In this document: piece after piece, positions 19,994 to 28,113 of the stretch | Numbering within the stretch: position 1 is the first letter of the stretch | How the letters are laid out: the number at the start of each line of letters is the position of its first letter | NCBI GenBank assembly: GCA_038250135.1 | Contig: JBBSCP010000001.1 | Span: forward strand, 1 to 40,978 | Reading direction: 5' to 3' | DNA from: Acetobacterales bacterium | GTDB lineage: Bacteria; Pseudomonadota; Alphaproteobacteria; Acetobacterales; Acetobacteraceae | Length of the DNA stretch: 40,978 nt | Made by a program: the position numbers and the translations under genes | The notes under the pieces: generated by a model | The model's database searches: none | Seen by the model: only the letters and a program-made list of their open reading frames with translations | Told to the model about the DNA's origin: nothing

Positions 19994-20008
19994 ATCTCAA
20001 ATTGAGAT
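19994..20008. promoter_or_regulatory. Perfect inverted repeat in the AT-rich region upstream of the cellulase; candidate operator
   Basis: ATCTCAA-A-TTGAGAT, about 40 bp upstream of the cellulase ATG. Confidence 0.4.
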
Positions 20009-20085
20009 TCGTTCAGCAAGTTTCAATTATGATATTGTTGTCACTTTTTGTCGTGCGCTCGGCGACATCCGACGACAAAAGCAGC

Positions 20086-20756
20086 TCAGGCCGTGCGCCA
20101 CCGCAGCGGCACGTGACGAAACGGCAGCGCCGCGAGGTCGAGCGCCGCCGGACCCGGGCAATCACAGTCCACAATGGCGCTGCACCGCCCGGCAAAGGCC
20201 GCGCGGAAATGGTTCTTCGCCTTGTTCGCCAGCAGCCGCAGCGCGCGCGTCGCGGTCTCGGCCATGTCGAGATGCGGGTAGGTGCGACAGACGCTCGCGC
20301 CATCCAGCAGCGTCGCGATCTCGGGCGCCAAGTTGCCGTGGAAGTCGAAGCTGGCGACGAGGGGAGGCACGCCGAGCGCCGCGCGCACGGCGCGAATGAT
20401 GGCGAGGTCCGCCGCCGGCTCACCTGCTGCGACTCAGGCGCCTTGCAGGGAGAGATGGACGCCAACCCCACTCCCGCCCGAGGCGAGCCCTTGCAGCACC
20501 TCGTCCAGCCAGCCGCGAAAAGCCTGCTCCGTCAGCGGCCCGCCGGGCTGGGCGGAAGTGCAGCGCAGCACCGTCGCCTGCCAGTCGGGCCGAGTGGCGA
20601 GGAAGGCCGCGAGGCCGCCGAGCTCCGTCGCGGTGCCAGCATGGCGCGCCAGCACCTCCGGCCCCGCGCCCCATTCGCGGGAACGCAGCGCGGCAACGCC
20701 GGTGGGGGAGAAGAATTGCCCTCGAACCAAAGCCGAGCGAGCGCGATTTTTGTCAT
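20086..20756 (-). pseudogene. mlrC: M81 family (MlrC-like) metallopeptidase pseudogene
   Basis: MTKIALARLWFEGNS, then a 1-nt frameshift near 20712, LSLQGA followed by in-frame TGA at 20436-20434, then FDFHGN and RTYPHLDM joined directly to C-terminal motifs KAKNHFRAAF and CPGPAALDLAALPFRHV (large internal deletion). Confidence 0.85.
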
Positions 20757-20787
20757 GACGGCAGCCTATCGCGGGTCCAGCATGCGG

Positions 20788-20830
20788 CCAGCCCTCTCCC
20801 AGCCCTCTCCCAGCCCTCTCCCAGCCTTCT
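20788..20830 (+). repeat. 11-bp tandem repeat CCAGCCCTCTC x3 plus a degenerate fourth copy
   Basis: Copies start at 20788, 20799 and 20810, with CCAGCCTTCT at 20821, between the divergent mlrC remnant and the TAXI gene. Confidence 0.85.
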
Positions 20831-20844
20831 CAAGGACCACTCGC

Positions 20845-21777
20845 ATGCACCGACGCAAGCTGCTCGCCGCCCCGCTCGCCCTCTCGGCGTGGCCGGCACT
20901 GGCCCAGGAGGCTCCCTTGACGCTCTACACCGCCGGCTCCGGCAGCGCCTTTTTGCCTTATGGCGAGGGCTTGGCGGCCTTCCTCGCGCGCCAGGGCGTC
21001 GCGCTCAACGTCGCACGCAGCGCCGGTTCGCTCGAAAACCTGGCCAAGGCGGAGGATGATGCGAACGCGCTCGGCACCGCCTTCCTCGGCTCCGCGGCCG
21101 ATGCGGTGGCGGGCACGCCAGCGGCAGGCGGGCGGGTGCATGGCCGCGTGCGCGCGCTGTTCCCGATGTACGAGACCAGCTTCCAGGTGGCCGCGCTGCG
21201 CACCTCGGGCTTGACCACCATCCCTGGCCTCGCCGGCAAGCGCGTCGGCGCCGGGCCGGCGCGGGGCCCCGCCGAGGTGTTCTTCCGTGCGGCGCTGGCG
21301 GCGGCGGGGATCGAGGCGCAGATCGTCCCTGGCGACCCGGCCGCCTTGGCCACGGCATTGGCGCGGGGCGAGATCGACGCGCTCTGGCAGGGTGCCATCG
21401 TGCCCATCCCCTCGCTGGTCGCGGCGCAGGCGCAGGCGGATGCGATCGTCTTCGGGCTCGACGCCGCCTTGGTGGCCGCGGTGGTGGCCCGACTGCCCTA
21501 TCTGGCACCGACGACGCTGCCGCCCGGCACCTATCGGGACCAGACGGCGCCGATCCTGTCCTTCGCCGCCTGGAACTTCGTCGTCGGCAATGCCGCGCTA
21601 CCGGAGGCGCGCGCCCATGCGCTGACCCGTGCCGCGCTTTCGGCCGTCAACCCGGCGCTGGAAATCCACCCGAGCGCCGGCGGCACTGTCGCGGCGAATG
21701 CGCCCGCCAACAGCGTGCTGCCCTTCCATCCCGGCGCCCTTCGCTACTACGCCGAGCGCGGCATCACCGTGCGTTAG
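20845..21777 (+). CDS. TAXI-family TRAP transporter solute-binding protein (310 aa)
   Basis: Leader MHRRKLL; motifs TAGSGSAFLPYG, SAGSLENL, RALFPMY, LPPGTYRDQ and PFHPGALRYYAERG. This is the real 3' part of track ORF 18787..21777; AAGGA RBS. Confidence 0.85.
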   Translation: MHRRKLLAAPLALSAWPALAQEAPLTLYTAGSGSAFLPYGEGLAAFLARQGVALNVARSAGSLENLAKAEDDANALGTAFLGSAADAVAGTPAAGGRVHGRVRALFPMYETSFQVAALRTSGLTTIPGLAGKRVGAGPARGPAEVFFRAALAAAGIEAQIVPGDPAALATALARGEIDALWQGAIVPIPSLVAAQAQADAIVFGLDAALVAAVVARLPYLAPTTLPPGTYRDQTAPILSFAAWNFVVGNAALPEARAHALTRAALSAVNPALEIHPSAGGTVAANAPANSVLPFHPGALRYYAERGITVR

Positions 21778-22612
21778 TCGCGAAGGTATCGCAGGCTTCG
21801 AGGCGGCCGGTGTCGAGGCCCGTCTTGAACCAGCGCATCCGCTGCGCCGCACTGCCATGGGTGAAGCTGTCTGGCGTGACGCGGCGGCCGGCGCTTTGCT
21901 GCATCCGGTCATCACCCACCGCGGCGGCGGCGTTCAGCCCTTCCTCGATGTCGCCGGGTTCGAGGATGCCCCGCGCGTCCTGGGCACGCCGCGCCCAGAG
22001 CCCGGCGAGGCAATCCGCCTGCAGCTCGATCCGCACCTGCCGCGCATTCGCCCCCTCACGCCCGCCTTCGGCGCGGGCGAGTAGGCCAAGCTGGTTCTGC
22101 ACATGGTGGCCAACCTCATGCGCGATCACATAGGCGGCGGCGAAATCGCCCGGCGCGCCCAGGCGCCGCTGCAGTTCCGCGAGGAAATCGAGGTCGATGT
22201 AAACGCGGCTGTCGCCGGGACAGTAGAACGGCCCAACGGCCGCCTGCGCCATGCCGCAGGCGCTGTCCACCGCGCCGGTGAACAGCACCAGCCGCGGCTC
22301 GACATAGCGTTGGCCGCGCGCGGCGAAGATCGGATTCCAGACATCCTCGGTTTCGGCGAGGACGCGCCGGACGAACCGCGCGCCCTCGTCATTGGCCGGC
22401 GGCGCGGCACGCTCCGTGCGCTCGGTCGCGACGGGTGCGCCGCCCTGGGTCATGCCCGCCTGATCCAGCATCACGGTGGGATCGACGCCCAGCAGCAGCG
22501 CGATCACCACCAGCACGACGCTGCCGATGCCGCCGCCGATGGCGAGCCCGCCCCGGCGCGACCCGCGCCGGTCCTCCACATTGCCGCTCTCGCGCCCGTC
22601 CTCGAGCCGCAT
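21764..22612 (-). CDS. ypfJ: Neutral zinc metallopeptidase, YpfJ family (282 aa)
   Basis: Motifs RESGNVEDRRG, GPFYCPGD, YVIAHEVGHHVQ (HExxH), ELQADCLAG and SFTHGS. Confidence 0.9.
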   Translation of the reverse strand: MRLEDGRESGNVEDRRGSRRGGLAIGGGIGSVVLVVIALLLGVDPTVMLDQAGMTQGGAPVATERTERAAPPANDEGARFVRRVLAETEDVWNPIFAARGQRYVEPRLVLFTGAVDSACGMAQAAVGPFYCPGDSRVYIDLDFLAELQRRLGAPGDFAAAYVIAHEVGHHVQNQLGLLARAEGGREGANARQVRIELQADCLAGLWARRAQDARGILEPGDIEEGLNAAAAVGDDRMQQSAGRRVTPDSFTHGSAAQRMRWFKTGLDTGRLEACDTFATNAR

Positions 22613-22664
22613 TCGCAAATCCCTCGCACATCCGCGAAAACAACGCGGAAGGCCGGGGGAAGTT

Positions 22665-23396
22665 TCAGCCGCCCTTGAGCAACGCGCTCAACGCCTCCGA
22701 CAGCCCAAGCGCGGCGCGGCCCTGCGGCGCGGCGTAGCTGCCCGCGCACGGCTTCGGCACGCCGAGCGCCACCAGCATCTCGGCGAGCTTGACGCCGCAG
22801 GTGACGCCATCCAGCAGCGGCAAGGGCGAGCGGTCCTGCAACAGCCGGTCCATGCCCGCCAGCACCGCGCCGGCCAGCACCACGCTGTCGCAGCGCTCGG
22901 CCATCGCGGTCACGGCTTCCAGCACGGCGCGCGCCGTGCCGTCCGGGTCGGCCAGCACCTGCTGCGGCGTGAGGGCGATGCCGCGCACCTCGGCGCAGCG
23001 CGCCGCCAGCCCATGCCGCGCCACCAGCTCCTCATAGGGCTTCACCTGGCCGAGCGTGAGCACGCCGAAGCTGCCACCCAGCAGGCAGGCGGTGAGGCAG
23101 GCGGCCTCGGTCATGCCGACCACCGGGCAGGGCATGAGCTGCCGCGCCGCCTCCAGCGCCGTGTCATGGCTGACCGCCAGCACCACCGCATCGACGCGCC
23201 CGGCATGTTCGGCCAGCGTCTCGAGCAGCGCATGGGCGGCGATGGCGTTCTCGACGCGGGTCGAGATCACCACCGGGCCGAAGCTCGGCGTGGCGCCGAC
23301 GACGACAGTGCCGATGCCCGCCGCCTGACGCGCCGTGGCGACGCAGGTCGCGGTGATGGCCTCGGTGGTGTTCGCATTCGCGACCAGGATGCGCAT
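22665..23396 (-). CDS. Asp/Glu/hydantoin racemase family protein
   Basis: Motifs MRILVANANTT, PVVGMTEAA and PLLDGV. The canonical Cys positions read AVSHD and LAGAVLAG. Confidence 0.8.
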   Translation of the reverse strand: MRILVANANTTEAITATCVATARQAAGIGTVVVGATPSFGPVVISTRVENAIAAHALLETLAEHAGRVDAVVLAVSHDTALEAARQLMPCPVVGMTEAACLTACLLGGSFGVLTLGQVKPYEELVARHGLAARCAEVRGIALTPQQVLADPDGTARAVLEAVTAMAERCDSVVLAGAVLAGMDRLLQDRSPLPLLDGVTCGVKLAEMLVALGVPKPCAGSYAAPQGRAALGLSEALSALLKGG

Positions 23397-23399
23397 GGC

Positions 23400-24425
23400 C
23401 TACCCCCCCACCATGCCCGGCCCAGGAGCAGGGTTCGGCGCTTCACCCAGCGTCACCAACCCGCCCGGCAGGGCGCGTGAATTGGTCGTCAGCAGCATCA
23501 GTCGCAGCGCCTGGCGCATTGGCGTGGCGTCGGCAGGCTCACCCGCGGACTCGGCCCGGCGCTTCCAGACCTGGAGCGGGTTGAACAGCAGCACGTCACC
23601 CGGCCGGACCTCGATCCGCAGCGCGAGGCCGGGTTCGGCGCAGATGGCGTCGAGCAGATCCAGCGCCTCGACCTGTGCGGCGGTCAGGCGTGGCGTCTCC
23701 GGCAGGCGCTGCGCGGCGTCGATCGCATCGCGCGCATAGCGGCCGATGAAGGCGCCCGAGGCGGTGGAGAAGACCGGCAAATCCACCACGCCCGCCGCGC
23801 CGGGCACGGCATGCGGCAGCGGACGGTAGAGCAATTCGAGCGCGGCACGGTCGCGCTTCATCAGCTCATTGTGCACGCTCGCCGCGGCGACGAGCATTGC
23901 GGGATCGACATCCGATGGCTGGCGAAGCACCAACAGCGCCACGATGTCCGCCGCATCGGCGTGGAAGCGCCAGCGCAGCGCGCCCCCTGCCGGGCTGTCG
24001 AGACGCTGCACGAGGCCCGGCCCCGGCCCCTGCCCCGGCCCCTGCCCAGGACCCGGCCCAGGCCCCGGCCCAGGCCCCGGCGGGACCACGGCGCGGCCAA
24101 GATGCGCGCCGAGCGCGGCCAGCACCGCCTCCAGCCTTGCCTCGCCAAGGCGTTCCAGCGGCAGGGCGCGCAGCAGCACCAGGCCGCGGCCGGTGTCCAG
24201 CCGCTGTACCACATCGCGCAGCACCACACCGAGGCTCGGCAGCGGCGCCTCCGACACCTGCAGGGGCGCGCGGCCGCCGAGCGCTGCCACCGCCGCCTCC
24301 AGCTCCGTCGCGTGATCGGCGCCGAGCGGCACCATCCAATCGGCCGGGCGCAGATCGGTGGCGCGCCAGGCGGCGGGACCGGCCTGGGGAACCAGGCGCG
24401 GGCGGGGGGGTGCGGTGCCACTCAT
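23400..24425 (-). CDS. TauD/TfdA-like dioxygenase-fold protein (341 aa), atypical
   Basis: Motifs GPAAW, GRGLVLLR, FHADAAD (HxD), PGDVLLFN and LRLML; contains a Pro-Gly repeat. Start set at ATG 24425. Confidence 0.75.
   Translation of the reverse strand: MSGTAPPRPRLVPQAGPAAWRATDLRPADWMVPLGADHATELEAAVAALGGRAPLQVSEAPLPSLGVVLRDVVQRLDTGRGLVLLRALPLERLGEARLEAVLAALGAHLGRAVVPPGPGPGPGPGPGQGPGQGPGPGLVQRLDSPAGGALRWRFHADAADIVALLVLRQPSDVDPAMLVAAASVHNELMKRDRAALELLYRPLPHAVPGAAGVVDLPVFSTASGAFIGRYARDAIDAAQRLPETPRLTAAQVEALDLLDAICAEPGLALRIEVRPGDVLLFNPLQVWKRRAESAGEPADATPMRQALRLMLLTTNSRALPGGLVTLGEAPNPAPGPGMVGG
24015..24083 (-). repeat. Degenerate GGGGCC-type hexamer repeat encoding (PG)n/(PGQG)n
   Basis: Coding strand has about 11 G3-G4 tracts separated by 2-4 nt, translating to PPGPGPGPGPGPGQGPGQGPGPG. 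Confidence 0.85.
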
Positions 24426-24495
24426 CCCACCCACCCTAGCAGGCATGGCGCGCTGTGCCACACTGTCCCCTGGCCAGCCTGACCGGAGATCGCCC

Positions 24496-25647
24496 ATGGA
24501 CCACGCCACCCGCCCCGCCGCCCTCGACCTGCCCTTCGATCGGGAGGCGATGCTGGCTGGGCTTCGTACCTGGGTGGAGTGCGAAAGCCCGACCTTCGAC
24601 ACGCCGGCGGTGAACCGGATGATGGACCTCGTGGCGCGGCACCTCGCGATGATGGGCGCGCGGATCGAGCGCATCCCCGGCCGGATGGGCCATGGCGATT
24701 GCTTGCGCGCCAGCCTGCCGCATTCCTCGGCCCCGGGAACGCCCGGCATTCTGATCCTTGCGCATCTCGATACCGTCCACCCGGTCGGGACACTGACAAA
24801 GCTGCCCTGGCGGCGCGAGGGCGGGCAATGCCGCGGCCCGGGCATCTTCGACATGAAGGGCGGCACCTTCCTCGCCGTCGAGGCTGCACGGCAGTTGTTG
24901 CGCGCCGGCCTGCCGACGCCACTTCCCGTCACTTTCCTGTTCACTTCGGACGAGGAGATCGGCAGCCCCTCCACCCGCGACCTGATCGAGGCCGAGGCCG
25001 CGCGCGCAAGCTGCGTTCTGGTGCCAGAGCCCGCCCGGCCGGATGGCGGCGTGGTGACCGGGCGCTACGCCATCGCGCGCTTCAATTTGCGCAGCATCGG
25101 CCGGCCGAGCCATGCCGGCGCCACACTTTCCGATGGCCGCTCGGCGATCCGCGAGATGTGCCGCCAGGCCCTGGCGATCGACGCGATGACCACCGAGAGC
25201 TGCACCTTCTCGGTCGGCGTCATCCAGGGCGGGCAATGGGTGAATTGCGTCGCCACCGAATGCCGGGCGGAGGTGCTTTCCATGGCCAAGCGGCAGGCGG
25301 ACCTCGATGCCGGGGTCGCGCGCATCCTGGCCTTGGCGCCTGGCACCGGCGACGTGGTGCTGGAGGTCGCGCGCGGCGTCACGCGCCCGGTCTGGGAGCC
25401 CGATGCCGGCACCATGGCGCTGCACGCGCGGGCCGCGGCACTGGCCGGGCAACTCGGCTTCGCGCTGCCGCACCAGAGCTCTGGCGGCGGGTCGGATGGC
25501 AACTTCACGGGCGCGATGGGCGTGCCCACCCTCGATGGGCTGGGCGTGGCCGGCGCCGGGGCGCATACGCTCGACGAGCATATCGAGCTGGACAGCCTGG
25601 TGCCCCGCGCGCGCCTGTTCGCCGGGCTGCTCGCCACGCTGGCGTGA
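24496..25647 (+). CDS. M20 family metallopeptidase (carboxypeptidase G2-like, 383 aa)
   Basis: Motifs ESPT, HLDTV, GPGIFDMKGG, DEEIGS, EPA, GGGSDGN and GAHTLDE; GGAG RBS before ATG 24496. Confidence 0.9.
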   Translation: MDHATRPAALDLPFDREAMLAGLRTWVECESPTFDTPAVNRMMDLVARHLAMMGARIERIPGRMGHGDCLRASLPHSSAPGTPGILILAHLDTVHPVGTLTKLPWRREGGQCRGPGIFDMKGGTFLAVEAARQLLRAGLPTPLPVTFLFTSDEEIGSPSTRDLIEAEAARASCVLVPEPARPDGGVVTGRYAIARFNLRSIGRPSHAGATLSDGRSAIREMCRQALAIDAMTTESCTFSVGVIQGGQWVNCVATECRAEVLSMAKRQADLDAGVARILALAPGTGDVVLEVARGVTRPVWEPDAGTMALHARAAALAGQLGFALPHQSSGGGSDGNFTGAMGVPTLDGLGVAGAGAHTLDEHIELDSLVPRARLFAGLLATLA

Positions 25648-25719
25648 TCCTGCGCCGCGGCGCTTGCATCACGGCCCCGGCCTTTCCAAAGTGGGGCAAA
25701 TCACGTCGAGGACCGTTCC

Positions 25720-26175
25720 ATGCGCCGTCTCGCGGTTAGTGCGCTCGCGCTGCTCCTGCCCACCCTGGCGATGGCGCAGAGCAACCCGACCACCGGGTTC
25801 AGTTCCGGCGTCATCCACGGTCAGCGGCCGGACATGCGCCAGGATCTGCACAATGCGCCGGGTTCGCCGACCGCGGGCGGCGGCATCGCCTCGCCCCAGG
25901 CGCCGCAGACCCGCACCCAGGCGGTGCGCCAGCGCTCGCAAGCCGCGCAGCAGCAGCAACGCCGGGCCGCGCAGCAGCAGGGCCAGGTGGCGCAGGGCCA
26001 GGTGGCGCGCACCCAACGCACTGGCAGCGCCACGCCGGCCGCGCGCACGCCGAACACCGTGGCGGCGCAGGAAGCACGGTTGGCCGAGGCGCGACGCCAG
26101 CAGGCCGAGGCGCAGCGCCGCGCCGCCGAGGCCCAGGACGGCGTGGCGCTGGGGCGCCAGCCGCTCGGACGCTGA
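25720..26175 (+). CDS. Hypothetical secreted Gln/Ala/Arg-rich protein
   Basis: Signal peptide MRRLAVSALALLLPTLAMA, GAGGA RBS, low-complexity body with a coiled-coil-like tail; fills the gap between genes. Confidence 0.7.
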   Translation: MRRLAVSALALLLPTLAMAQSNPTTGFSSGVIHGQRPDMRQDLHNAPGSPTAGGGIASPQAPQTRTQAVRQRSQAAQQQQRRAAQQQGQVAQGQVARTQRTGSATPAARTPNTVAAQEARLAEARRQQAEAQRRAAEAQDGVALGRQPLGR

Positions 26176-26176
26176 T

Positions 26177-26932
26177 TCAGGTTCCGCCGTCAACCGGCAG
26201 GATCTGCCCCGTCACCCAGCCGGCATAGGGCGAGGCGAAGAACAGCACGGCATTCGCGATGTCCTCCGGCTGGCCGAGCCGGCGCATGGCGATGCTCTCC
26301 AGCATCACGCGCTGGCCCTCCGCGCCATAGCTGTCGAACTGCTTGATCGAAGCCGGGTTCGACAGCACGAAGCCCGGCGCCACCGAATTCACCGTGATGC
26401 CGTGCGGGCCGAACTCACGCGACAATTGCCGCGTCAGCCCGACCAGCGCGTGCTTCGCCGAGCAATAGGCCTGGATGCCGGTGCGGCTCGCCTTGAGCCC
26501 CGCACCGCTGCTGATGGTGACGATCCGCCCGGCCTTGGCGCGCTTCATCCCCGGTGCCACGGCGCGGGCGAGGTTGAAGGCGGCGTGGGTGTTGATGTCG
26601 AAGATGGCGTGCCAATCCTCCAGCGGCACATCCTCGATCGGCCGGTTCACCTGGCCGCGCACGCCGCCGGCATTGCAGACCAGCACGCCGACAGCCCCGC
26701 CGGTCTTCTGCTCGATGCCCGCAATCCAGCCCGCCGCGGCGCCCGGCGCTGTCAGATCAAAGGCGTTGGTGGCGATGGCGTTGCCGCGCGCCGTCTCCGC
26801 CAGTTCCAACTCCGAGATATCGCAGGCAAAGACCGTCCCGCCGAGCGCCGCGAAACCCTGCGCGATGGCGCGGCCGAAGCCGTGCCCCGCACCGGTGACC
26901 GCCACCGTAACGCCGTCGAACCGTATATTCAT
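26177..26932 (-). CDS. SDR family NAD(P)-dependent oxidoreductase (251 aa)
   Basis: Motifs TGAGHGFG, CNAG, ISS, YCSAK, VNSVAPG and VTGQILPVDGG; start overlaps the upstream gene's stop. Confidence 0.92.
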   Translation of the reverse strand: MNIRFDGVTVAVTGAGHGFGRAIAQGFAALGGTVFACDISELELAETARGNAIATNAFDLTAPGAAAGWIAGIEQKTGGAVGVLVCNAGGVRGQVNRPIEDVPLEDWHAIFDINTHAAFNLARAVAPGMKRAKAGRIVTISSGAGLKASRTGIQAYCSAKHALVGLTRQLSREFGPHGITVNSVAPGFVLSNPASIKQFDSYGAEGQRVMLESIAMRRLGQPEDIANAVLFFASPYAGWVTGQILPVDGGT

Positions 26933-27990
26933 GTCATCAACTCCAGCAGATTGTCGTCGGACATCGCACGCTCGCCGCGCTCGCATTCATGGATCATCGC
27001 GATCAGCCGCGTCAGCGTGGGACAGGCCAGGCCATGCGCGCGCCCGATCGGCGGCACGGCGCCGATCTGCGCATCGGCGGGCGTGGCGCGGTGCCGCACC
27101 CACAGATCGCGCCAGATGCCGGAATGGGTCTTGGCATTGGGGCGATTGAATGCCTCCATCGCGATCATCGAGGCGCGCGCGGCGGCCTCGCTGCCCGTGG
27201 TGCCGAAGGCGCCAGGATCGAAGCCGTTGAAGCCGAGCGGCGCCACCCCTTCGGCGCGCGCCACATCCATCACCTCGCCGCACAGCGCGCGCACCAGCGG
27301 CAGCAATTCAGGGCGCGCCAGCGTGTCAGCGATGCCCTTCGCGGCCAGCCCCTGCGCGTAGAGCAGGCTGGAATAGGCCAGCTTGCCCCAGAGATAGCCC
27401 CAGATGTTTGGCGAGTTCACCGCGTCAGGCTCGAACGTGTCGCGTAGCAGGCGATGCAGCGCCGCGAGGCGTGGCGTGGTCGCGCCGTCAAGCTCGCCCA
27501 CCACCACCGCGCCGCGATTGCCGTAGAGGATACGCCCGGGCTCCAGCCAATCCGCGCCGAAATTGACGAAGGCACCCATGCTGCGCTCGGCGCCACAAAC
27601 CTCGGCGATGACGCGCTCGCACAGCCCATTCTGCAGTGACAGCACATAGCCGTCAGGGGCGAGGTGCGGCAGCAATTGTCGGCAGGCAGCTTCGGTGTCG
27701 TGCGTCTTCACGCACAGGAAGATGCGGCGGAACACGCCCTGCACCGCGCCCGGCGTGAAGGCCGGCGCCACCACCTTCATCTGCGCGACCGGCCCCTCGA
27801 TGACCAGGCCATGCGCCGGGTCCGCGATGGCGGCGACGTGCTCGGGCACGACATCGACGAACACCACCGCATGCCGTGCGCGCACCAGATGCGCACCCAC
27901 CGTGCCACCGATCGCGCCGGCCCCCCAGATCAGGATCGGGCCGTGATCAACGCTGTCCCCCGCCGCCAACCTCTCGGCTGCCTTCGCCAC
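26929..27990 (-). CDS. Ketopantoate reductase (ApbA/PanE) family protein
   Basis: Motifs IWGAGAIGG, LCVKT, SLQNGL and LWGKL. GTG start at 27990 after AAGGA; the start is uncertain. Confidence 0.85.
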   Translation of the reverse strand: MAKAAERLAAGDSVDHGPILIWGAGAIGGTVGAHLVRARHAVVFVDVVPEHVAAIADPAHGLVIEGPVAQMKVVAPAFTPGAVQGVFRRIFLCVKTHDTEAACRQLLPHLAPDGYVLSLQNGLCERVIAEVCGAERSMGAFVNFGADWLEPGRILYGNRGAVVVGELDGATTPRLAALHRLLRDTFEPDAVNSPNIWGYLWGKLAYSSLLYAQGLAAKGIADTLARPELLPLVRALCGEVMDVARAEGVAPLGFNGFDPGAFGTTGSEAAARASMIAMEAFNRPNAKTHSGIWRDLWVRHRATPADAQIGAVPPIGRAHGLACPTLTRLIAMIHECERGERAMSDDNLLELMT

Positions 27991-28113
27991 GCCCTGTTCC
28001 TTCGCGCACCGGCCATGCAACAAGGTGACTTGCGCCGAACCGCAACGCACCCCCACCCTGCATCGCAAGCTAGCCGGGACACGCGCAAGGTCAATGCGCC
28101 CAACGAGATCGTT

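Noticed and set aside
18787-20844. Apparent 996-aa protein ending in a TAXI domain
   Set aside because: The first ~686 codons are antisense to the cellulase and the mlrC remnant; the real gene starts at 20845 with its own RBS and leader.
25307-27361. 684-aa plus-strand ORF
   Set aside because: Off-frame across the M20 and small protein genes and antisense to the SDR/ApbA genes; no family motifs.
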